A stretch of DNA of 32,000 bases, taken from positions 476,530 to 508,529 of the forward strand of contig CP135593.1 in assembly GCA_032388755.1 (NCBI GenBank). The letters run 5' to 3'. This stretch comes from Neisseria sp. DTU_2020_1000833_1_SI_GRL_NUU_006. GTDB taxonomy: Bacteria > Pseudomonadota > Gammaproteobacteria > Burkholderiales > Neisseriaceae. The translations under genes and the position numbers were made by a program. This document shows, piece by piece, positions 25,555 through 32,000 of this stretch (within the stretch, counting starts at the first letter, position 1; every line of letters begins with the position of its first letter). The notes under the pieces are model-generated. The model searched no databases and was not told where the DNA came from. It saw only the letters and a program-made list of their open reading frames with translations.

Positions 25555-25639
25555 TGGTGCGGACGGAGAGACTCGAACTCTCACACCTCTCGGCGCCAGA
25601 ACCTAAATCTGGTGCGTCTACCAATTTCGCCACGTCCGC
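25555..25639 (-). tRNA. tRNA-Leu (anticodon UAG)
   Basis: Reverse complement: GCGGACGTGGCGAAATTGGTAGACGCACCAGATTTAGGTTCTGGCGCCGAGAGGTGTGAGAGTTCGAGTCTCTCCGTCCGCACCA. It has a 7-bp acceptor stem, anticodon loop TTTAGGT, the long variable arm typical of Leu, a GTTCGAGTC T-loop and an encoded CCA. Confidence 0.93.
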
Positions 25640-25772
25640 GTGATGAAACCGAAGATTATACACAAAGTATCCTGCTCTGCAAACAATCTTTGGCTTGAAA
25701 TTGCTTTATTCTGACCGATATAATGGCAGGTCGGTTATCTGCCGGAACACACTAATATCAAAGAGGAACATC

Positions 25773-26441
25773 ATGCCTGTTTTACTGATTCAGGATTTTT
25801 TACAGACACAGGGTTTGAAGCTGTCTTCAGACGACCTCCGTATTGCTTATCTGACCGCAAAGACGGTGATGGATATGGGCAATGCTTCGATTGACCGCTC
25901 GGTTTTGTGGCGTGAGGAAGACGGCTGGAAGCTGGCAGACCATATTGAAGAAACGCCAGAAAACGAAACTTTGCTCAAACAGGTTTTCATGGCTTTGGAT
26001 TCGGTATTCAGCCGTGCAACAGCCGTCAAGAGCGCGGCGGTTTACATCCACCTTCCGGGCGAACCGCATGCAAGGCTGGTTCGTATCGCAGCACAAGGCG
26101 AGCCTTTGGAGAACCTGCTGGCGGTTCATGAAGAAAACGGTACGGTTTACCTTGCCTGCCGTACGGCGCAAAGCGGTTGGATGAATATTGCCAACGATAT
26201 AGCTTATTGGCTTTCGCTGGACGAAATCCAAGGCAGCCGGAACGAGGGCAGCGGAAGCCAGTTGTCCATCCCTGTGGCAACGCAAAACGGCACGGTTTTG
26301 GGCGTGGTTCACGTTGAATTTGCCGATAAAGATCAAGCCGATGACGCAGCCCAAACAGATTGGTCGGCGCTGGCGTTGGCACTTGCCGAGCCGCTGAAAG
26401 CATTGGCAGGCATCGAAGACAAGGAAGAAGAACATGAATAA
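25773..26441 (+). CDS. Hypothetical protein, GAF-like C-terminal region
   Basis: Start MPVLLIQDF.. with an AGAGGA RBS (internal to the track ORF from 25695). The tail ..[27 protein letters not shown].. resembles the end of GAF domains. Overlaps the ribA start by 8 nt. Confidence 0.45.
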   Translation: MPVLLIQDFLQTQGLKLSSDDLRIAYLTAKTVMDMGNASIDRSVLWREEDGWKLADHIEETPENETLLKQVFMALDSVFSRATAVKSAAVYIHLPGEPHARLVRIAAQGEPLENLLAVHEENGTVYLACRTAQSGWMNIANDIAYWLSLDEIQGSRNEGSGSQLSIPVATQNGTVLGVVHVEFADKDQADDAAQTDWSALALALAEPLKALAGIEDKEEEHE

Positions 26442-27027
26442 TACCTTGAAATTCGTTGCTTCCTGCCGCCTGCCGACCGAATGGGGCGACTTCACTATGC
26501 ACGGTTTTGAAGAACCGAGCGGACAAGAACACATCGCCTTGACGATGGGCGATTTTTCAGACGACCTCCCCGTCCTGACCCGCATTCACTCTGAATGCTT
26601 GACCGGCGATGCGCTGTTTTCCAAAAAATGCGACTGCGGTCCTCAGCTTGAAGCGGCGATGAAAGCGGTTCAACAAGAAGGGCGCGGCGTGATCGTTTAC
26701 CTTCGTCAAGAAGGGCGCGGCATCGGTTTAATCAACAAAATCCGTGCCTATAAGCTTCAAGACGAAGGGATGGATACGGTCGAAGCCAACCTCGCACTCG
26801 GACTGCCCGTTGACGCACGCGACTTTACGCTTGCCAAGCAAATCTACGACCATCTGAATATCCGCGCCGTCAAGCTGTTGACCAACAATCCTGAAAAAAT
26901 TCAAACGTTGAAAGATGCAGGCATCAATGTCGTCGAACGTATTCCGCTCCATGTCGGCGAGAATGCGGAAAACGAACGTTATCTGCACACCAAAGCCGAT
27001 AAATTGGGGCATATGATTTTTGATTGA
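26434..27027 (+). CDS. ribA: GTP cyclohydrolase II
   Basis: 197 aa. ..[67 protein letters not shown].. are canonical RibA motifs. Confidence 0.95.
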   Translation: MNNTLKFVASCRLPTEWGDFTMHGFEEPSGQEHIALTMGDFSDDLPVLTRIHSECLTGDALFSKKCDCGPQLEAAMKAVQQEGRGVIVYLRQEGRGIGLINKIRAYKLQDEGMDTVEANLALGLPVDARDFTLAKQIYDHLNIRAVKLLTNNPEKIQTLKDAGINVVERIPLHVGENAENERYLHTKADKLGHMIFD

Positions 27028-27032
27028 GGGCA

Positions 27033-27057
27033 GGCGGGCGTATTTCCCGCCTTTTTT
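27033..27057 (+). terminator. Rho-independent terminator after ribA
   Basis: GGCGGG-CGTATTT-CCCGCC followed by TTTTTT. Confidence 0.7.
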
Positions 27058-27141
27058 CGTTTTCAGACGACCTTTTCCCAATCCGTATCCCGATATTGTT
27101 ATAATCCGATCTGTCCGGACCAACCACCGATTTATATCCAT

Positions 27142-28242
27142 ATGAACACCTTCATCCTACCCGACACACGCCCTTATCCGCAGACTCCGGTTAAAAACCA
27201 TTTACTGATAAACGCCTCCCTGCTCGCACACGGCACGACCGCCGCAACCCGCAAGATTGCTGTGGGGCAGTTGCAAACCGAAATCCGCAGCCAGCTTCAT
27301 CAAAACTACTACGTCAACCTGTCCGTCGCTATGACCATGGCGCCCGATGTAGAGACTTACAACGCGCTGATGCAGAGCATCAACCAAGTGTTATCCGCCG
27401 AAAACGACGATGAAGCCCAATGGTTTGCCCTGCCCGTCGTCATCGTCGCCGGCTGCAAACAGGAGCGATCGCTGTCCCTGACGCTGCCTACCGAGGCGCT
27501 GACCGCCTGCCTGTCCAACTATCCCCACTTGCGCGCCTTAACGCAAAACGCCCAATGGCTGCCCTTCCTCGCCCATTCAGACGACCTGAGCGGCATCACG
27601 CCCGAACAGTGGTGGAAGGCGAAACAAAACAGCGAATCCGCCGCCGCGTTCCTGCAAACCTTTGAAGACAAACCGCTGATTTGCCCCGAAGGACAGTCCG
27701 TCCACGTCGTTTACGCGCTGGGCTACGGCGACAAAAACCTGCAAACCGCCTTGGGCGTCAACCTGCAACAGGCAGGCCTGCCGCTGATGCAGGTTTGGCA
27801 GGAAAGCCTTGCCGCCGCCGGCGTTACCCTCTTCACCAATCCGCTGTCTCCGAACACCCCGCTCCAAGCCCTGACCGACGGCAGCCACACCCGTCAGCGC
27901 ATGGCGATGGACGTGTTCGCCACCAACGCCATCCGCGCCATCCGTATGCAAAGCCCGCGCGTCGGCGTCGTCATCGCCGCAAGGGCGGACGGGCAGATTC
28001 TGTTCGGCTTCAACGCGACTGACAGCGCGTTTGAAGTCGTCCCGCAAGTGTTCGTGTGGAACCTTTCGTCTTCCGACAACATCGCCGTCATCCAACACAA
28101 CTTCCTCGACCTGATGGCGGAATGCCGCGTCGAGCATATCCGCATCCTGCACGACGTTTTGCCGGAAAATGCCGACCTGCCGACCTACGCGCAGTCCCTG
28201 TCCCTGGACGGACACAACCCATTCTTCTCCGAACATGCCTAA
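27142..28242 (+). CDS. Conserved-looking hypothetical protein
   Basis: 366-aa ORF with host-like composition, its own TATAAT-like element upstream (GTTATAATCC) and translational coupling to the next gene. I recognise no family. Confidence 0.5.
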   Translation: MNTFILPDTRPYPQTPVKNHLLINASLLAHGTTAATRKIAVGQLQTEIRSQLHQNYYVNLSVAMTMAPDVETYNALMQSINQVLSAENDDEAQWFALPVVIVAGCKQERSLSLTLPTEALTACLSNYPHLRALTQNAQWLPFLAHSDDLSGITPEQWWKAKQNSESAAAFLQTFEDKPLICPEGQSVHVVYALGYGDKNLQTALGVNLQQAGLPLMQVWQESLAAAGVTLFTNPLSPNTPLQALTDGSHTRQRMAMDVFATNAIRAIRMQSPRVGVVIAARADGQILFGFNATDSAFEVVPQVFVWNLSSSDNIAVIQHNFLDLMAECRVEHIRILHDVLPENADLPTYAQSLSLDGHNPFFSEHA

Positions 28243-28714
28243 ACCGCCTATGAAAAACCATTCCGTACTCTTCGTCTGCCTCGGCAACATCTGCCGCTCC
28301 CCCATGGCGGAATACGTCCTGCGCCACCGCGCCCGCGAAGCAGGCGTAGCCCACCGCGTCCGCACCGACAGCGCAGGCACATCCGGCTGGCACGACGGCG
28401 AAAACATGCACCAAGGCACGCGCAAAATCCTCGCCGCCCACGGCATCGACCATCAAGGTTTTACCAGCAGCAAAGTGCGTTCCGAAGATTTTGATGAATT
28501 CGACTTCATCATCGCCATGGACGACAACAACCTTGCCGAACTAGAAAAAATGTTCGGCAAACACCCTGACAAAATCTTCAAACTCACCGACCTTATCCCC
28601 GAAAGCGGCTACCGCCACGTCCCCGACCCGTGGTACACCGGCGACTTTGACGAAACCTTCAGACTTGTGGACGCAGGCAGCGTCGCGCTGCTGAAAAAGC
28701 TCGGCTTGGTTTGA
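28235..28714 (+). CDS. Low-molecular-weight protein-tyrosine phosphatase
   Basis: VLFVCLGNICRSPMAE (CX5R(S/T) P-loop) and ..VPDPWY.. (DP loop). The start is at 28235 or 28250; the track ORF start at 28169 overlaps the upstream gene. Confidence 0.9.
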   Translation: MPKPPMKNHSVLFVCLGNICRSPMAEYVLRHRAREAGVAHRVRTDSAGTSGWHDGENMHQGTRKILAAHGIDHQGFTSSKVRSEDFDEFDFIIAMDDNNLAELEKMFGKHPDKIFKLTDLIPESGYRHVPDPWYTGDFDETFRLVDAGSVALLKKLGLV

Positions 28715-28760
28715 ATCGGTTGACACAACATTTAAAGTTGAACGCAATGCAGTAAGATAA

Positions 28761-28803
28761 AAGGTCGTCTGAAACCTAAAACTTAGGTTTTAGACGACCT
28801 TTT
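28761..28803. terminator. DUS-pair hairpin terminator
   Basis: AAGGTCGTCTGAAACCTAAAACTTAGGTTTTAGACGACCTTTT (one arm imperfect). Confidence 0.6.
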
Positions 28804-29048
28804 GTTGACGAGATGGCTGGGGTAGGGCGGCTAAATGAGAGATAAACACTACCGTAGCGCGAGTTCAACCCGTAGCAAACTGACGCTCCTCAACCACCAC
28901 GGGCAAAGCCCACGCTACACAACGCTACTTCGCCCGCCCATTGCCATACATCAAAAGGTCGTCTGAAAAAAGCCGTTTCCCGCGTTTCAGACGACCCCGC
29001 CGCCGCGAAAAGCGTATACTTTCCTTATCGCAACCAAGGAGCCGAATC

Positions 29049-29570
29049 ATGAAAATCCTGCCCGTCCTGACCGCCGCGCTGCTCTTGTGTTCCTGCGCTG
29101 CCGACCGTGAAACCGAAGCCCTGAAAAACAGCCTGTCCGAAGCGCAAACTGCCGTGCGCCTTTCCGCCGAAAACACCAAGCGTCTGGAAGGCACCTATTC
29201 CGATATCTACTTCCACCTCGACAGCCTGACCGTCGAGAGCTTCAAAAAACGCGTCGCCAACGGAGACACCGTTTACGCCTACATCGGCCGCCCGAGCTGC
29301 GGCGACTGCAACGCCTTCGAGCCCATGTTCAAACGCTACATCGCCAGCCGCAACCTGAACGGCAAAATCTACTTCGTCAACGTCCACCGCCTGCATCAAG
29401 ACAAAGAAGCATGGACCGCGTTCCGCCAACAATACAAACTCGGCGGCACGCCCGTCCTAGCGAAATACAGCAAAGGCAAACAAATCAACAAACTTGATTT
29501 GGAAGAAAACGGCGGCAAAATCAGCGCCGAAGACTTGGAGAAATGGCTGGACGCAAACAGCTTGCGGTAA
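29049..29570 (+). CDS. Thioredoxin-fold lipoprotein
   Basis: Start MKILPVLTAALLLCSC (signal peptide plus lipobox-like Cys) with an AGGAG RBS. CGDC (CxxC) motif in IGRPSCGDCNAFEP and a downstream GGTPVL cis-Pro motif. Confidence 0.7.
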   Translation: MKILPVLTAALLLCSCAADRETEALKNSLSEAQTAVRLSAENTKRLEGTYSDIYFHLDSLTVESFKKRVANGDTVYAYIGRPSCGDCNAFEPMFKRYIASRNLNGKIYFVNVHRLHQDKEAWTAFRQQYKLGGTPVLAKYSKGKQINKLDLEENGGKISAEDLEKWLDANSLR

Positions 29571-29627
29571 ACAGCCTGTTTGGGATTGCACCGTTTGAGG
29601 GTTAGAGATTTTGCGGAGGGATGAAGA

Positions 29628-29668
29628 GAGGTCGTCTGAAAATGGGATTTTGGTTTCAGACGACCTTT
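29628..29668. terminator. DUS-pair hairpin terminator
   Basis: GAGGTCGTCTGAAAATGGGATTTTGGTTTCAGACGACCTTTT. Confidence 0.6.
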
Positions 29669-29684
29669 TATTACATCAACAATC

Positions 29685-29980
29685 TTGTTCCTTCCCCCGT
29701 CCGGCGGGGGAAGGTTAGGATGGGGGTGGCTTTGTGGTTTTAAGCAAAATCAAATTCGTGCAGCCCATAGAGCCACCCTCTCCCCTGCCCTCTCCCGCCG
29801 GATGGGAGAGGGGGCATGCTGCAAGTCGCAGCATAAATTTCTGCCCAACTACCGTCATTCCCGCGCAGGCGGGAATCTACTTTTAAATCTCGGCAACTGT
29901 TTTTCAAACATCAGTTTCTTAGAATTTCCGATGAATTCCCGTCGTAACCTGTCCTCGCGTAGGCAGGGGCGGGAATGACA
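29685..29980. repeat. NIME-like region with dRS3 repeats
   Basis: ATTCCCGCGCAGGCGGGAAT at 29857-29876 matches the neisserial dRS3 consensus ATTCCC-N8-GGGAAT. A second ATTCCC...GGGAAT lies at 29935-29976. There are GC-rich palindromic blocks (CCCCCGTCCGGCGGGGG; CTCTCCCGCCGGATGGGAGAG). Confidence 0.75.
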
Positions 29981-30015
29981 ACAGTAGAGGTGTTTAATGT
30001 GGTTTGTTCATAAGA

Positions 30016-30060
30016 AAAGGTCGTCTGAAAACCTTTAAATCAGGTTTTCAGACGACCTTT
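30016..30060. terminator. DUS-pair hairpin terminator downstream of pntB
   Basis: AAAGGTCGTCTGAAAACCTTTAAATCAGGTTTTCAGACGACCTTTT. Confidence 0.65.
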
Positions 30061-30077
30061 TGTCTTGGCTTCAGATG

Positions 30078-31463
30078 TTATTTCTTCAATTCCGCCAAGA
30101 TCTCGTCAACGGTTTTCTTCGCGTCGCCGAAGCACATTACGCTGTTTTCGTTGAAGAACAGCGGATTTTGTACGCCTGCGTAGCCGGTATTCATCGAGCG
30201 TTTGAAGACGACGACTTCTTTTGCCTTCCACACTTCCAACACGGGCATACTGGCGATCGGGCTGTTCGGATCAGTTTGGGCGGCGGGGTTGACGGTGTCG
30301 TTCGCGCCGATGACCAGCACTACGTCGGTTTCGGGGAAGTCGTCGTTGATTTCGTCCATTTCCAAAACGATGTCGTAGGGGACTTTGGCTTCGGCGAGCA
30401 GTACGTTCATGTGACCGGGTAGGCGGCCGGCGACGGGGTGGATGCCGAAGCGTACTTCAGTGCCGTTTTTACGCAAAAGCTCGGTGATTTCGGCAACGGG
30501 GTATTGTGCCTGCGCCACTGCCATGCCGTAGCCCGGGGTGATGATGACGCTGTGGGCGTTTTTGAGCATTTCGGCGACTTCGGCGGGTTTGGCTTCGCGG
30601 TATTCGCCGACTTCTTGGCTGCCGGAGGCTGCGGCGGAACCGTCGGTACCGAAACCGCCTGCGATGACGGAGATGAAGGAGCGGTTCATGGCTTTACACA
30701 TGATGTAGGACAGAATCGCGCCGCTGGAGCCGACCAGCGCGCCGGTAACGATGAGCAGGTCGTTGGAGAGCATAAAGCCTGCCGCTGCGGCCGCCCAGCC
30801 GGAGTAGGAGTTCAGCATGGACACGACCACGGGCATATCCGCGCCGCCGATGGAGGCGACCAAGTGCCAGCCGAATGCGAGGGCGATCAGGGTCATCAGG
30901 ATGAGGATGAAGCCGCTGCCGTCAACGGATACGAACACCAGCATCAGGATAAAGGATAAAACCAATGCGGCGAGGTTGAGCTTGTGTTTGGCGGGCAGTT
31001 GTAGCGGCGCGCTGCTGATTTTGCCGTTGAGCTTGCCGAATGCGACCAGCGAGCCGGTAAAGGTTACGGCGCCGATAAAGATGCCCAAATACACTTCGAC
31101 CAGATGGATGGTGTGCATATCGTGCGAAACGTTGCCCGGCTCGATATAGCTGTTGAAACCGACCAATACGGCTGCCAAGCCGACGAAGCTGTGCAGAAGT
31201 GCAATCAGTTCGGGCATTTCGGTCATTTCTACTTTTTTGGCTTTGTAGATGCCGATGGCGGCGCCAATCAGCATGGCGATGATGATCCAGCCCAGTCCGT
31301 GGGTGTTTTCGGAAAACACGGTAACGAACAAGGCGACTGCCATCCCGGCGACGCCGGAATAACAGCCTTGCTTGGCGGTTTCCTGCTTGGACAGCCCCGC
31401 CAGCGAAAAGATGAACAGTATCGCGGCTACGATGTACGCCGCTGTAACGAGTCCTGAAGACAT
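30078..31463 (-). CDS. pntB: NAD(P) transhydrogenase subunit beta
   Basis: 461 aa. Multi-pass membrane N-terminus plus a dIII domain (..[49 protein letters not shown]..). Confidence 0.95.
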   Translation of the reverse strand: MSSGLVTAAYIVAAILFIFSLAGLSKQETAKQGCYSGVAGMAVALFVTVFSENTHGLGWIIIAMLIGAAIGIYKAKKVEMTEMPELIALLHSFVGLAAVLVGFNSYIEPGNVSHDMHTIHLVEVYLGIFIGAVTFTGSLVAFGKLNGKISSAPLQLPAKHKLNLAALVLSFILMLVFVSVDGSGFILILMTLIALAFGWHLVASIGGADMPVVVSMLNSYSGWAAAAAGFMLSNDLLIVTGALVGSSGAILSYIMCKAMNRSFISVIAGGFGTDGSAAASGSQEVGEYREAKPAEVAEMLKNAHSVIITPGYGMAVAQAQYPVAEITELLRKNGTEVRFGIHPVAGRLPGHMNVLLAEAKVPYDIVLEMDEINDDFPETDVVLVIGANDTVNPAAQTDPNSPIASMPVLEVWKAKEVVVFKRSMNTGYAGVQNPLFFNENSVMCFGDAKKTVDEILAELKK

Positions 31464-31510
31464 GGTGATTCTCCAATTATTTGTGAAAGTAAATGTGTTT
31501 GGAAATTAGA

Positions 31511-31541
31511 GGGTCGTCTGGACAATGGTTTCAGACGACGT
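31511..31541. terminator. DUS-pair hairpin between pntB and the lysE-family gene
   Basis: GGGTCGTCTGGACAATGGTTTCAGACGACG (imperfect arms). Confidence 0.45.
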
Positions 31542-31571
31542 TTGTACAGAGTTTCTTCTGCCCCCGTCTGT

Positions 31572-32000
31572 TTACGCGCCGTCCTTTACTGCCGACTGCA
31601 ACAGTTTGACACCAAGCAGCCCCAACACCGCCCCTGCCGCCTTGTCGATGTAAAAAGCGGCTTTGCCGAAAAAGCTGCGGATACGGTTCTGCCCAAGCAG
31701 AAAGACTATCATGCTGTCCCATACGAAAATCAACGCCACCATCCACACCCCCAAACCGATTTTCAGCCCCGTGCCGACGGTGGGGGTCAGTATCACGGCA
31801 AAGAGGCTGATATAAAAGATGATGTTTTTCGGGTTGGACAGCCCCGACAGCAAACCCAAGCCGAATTCTTTGAAAAAGGAGGACTGGGTGCGGTTTTCGG
31901 CAGACATGCCGCCGATAAAGTCATAATCGCTGCGTTTGGCACGAAAGGCATGAATAGCCACATACATCAGGAAACAGGCGCCTGCAACTTTCAAGCCGAC
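31572..32000 (-). CDS. LysE/RhtB-family amino-acid exporter, N-terminus beyond window
   Basis: ..FKEFGLGLLSGLSNPKNIIFYISLFAVIL.. and a hydrophobic profile typical of the LysE family. The reading frame stays open to the right edge. Confidence 0.8.
   Translation of the reverse strand, partial: VGLKVAGACFLMYVAIHAFRAKRSDYDFIGGMSAENRTQSSFFKEFGLGLLSGLSNPKNIIFYISLFAVILTPTVGTGLKIGLGVWMVALIFVWDSMIVFLLGQNRIRSFFGKAAFYIDKAAGAVLGLLGVKLLQSAVKDGA

Noticed and set aside
25401-25643. The 80-aa plus-strand ORF overlapping the tRNA
   Set aside because: Its 3' part is the complement of tRNA-Leu, and there is no independent coding evidence.
29685-29978. The 97-aa ORF in the NIME region
   Set aside because: It is composed of dRS3/RS repeat sequence with no RBS. 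It is a typical spurious ORF across neisserial repeats.
25827-31476. Antisense or alternative-frame ORFs within housekeeping genes (25827-26585 -, 26026-26532 -, 26728-27141 -, 27577-28446 -, 28088-28456 -, 29025-29432 -, 30438-30959 +, 30922-31476 -, 31104-31457 +)
   Set aside because: Each overlaps a confidently identified gene on the other strand or frame, and each has Arg/Gly/Ala-rich composition typical of GC-rich shadow ORFs.

Overview
This window looks like a Neisseria chromosome segment. It carries dozens of DNA uptake sequences (DUS), mostly the AGGTCGTCTGAA dialect with a few GCCGTCTGAA, plus dRS3/NIME repeats. It has three parts.

(1) 1-5837, minus strand: a type VI secretion (T6SS) core operon, tagF-tssA-tssB-tssC-hcp-tagJ-tssE, running off the left edge. 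The tssA-to-tssE order matches the P. aeruginosa H1-T6SS.

(2) 5838-20563: a 365-bp AT-rich divergent control region, then a 1412-aa Rhs/YD-repeat effector with an AT-rich C-terminal toxin after DPLGL and a cognate immunity gene. A ~10-kb array follows, holding at least five start-less, truncated or frameshifted orphan rhs 3' cassettes. Each intact module has its own toxin tail and immunity gene. One toxin is a clear colicin-E-type HNH DNase with an Im-type immunity protein; two other toxin families each occur twice. An orphan immunity gene also sits in the array. Modules are separated by a recurrent ~180-bp composite repeat built around two DUS inverted-repeat hairpins. DUS also lie in-frame inside the rhs core, at positions that coincide with cassette and recombination breakpoints.

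(3) 20558-25639: the island decays into an IS481-family element inserted in the last orphan toxin, a truncated IS30-family transposase, and a podovirus-type prophage remnant (frameshifted scaffold gene, amber-interrupted portal, GNAT). It ends at tRNA-Leu(UAG).

Beyond the tRNA are ordinary housekeeping genes: a GAF-like protein, ribA, a hypothetical, an LMW protein-tyrosine phosphatase, a thioredoxin-like lipoprotein, pntB and a lysE-family gene, punctuated by DUS-pair terminators.

The most interesting system is the T6SS-linked rhs toxin/immunity cassette reservoir, whose homology arms and spacers are seeded with DUS.
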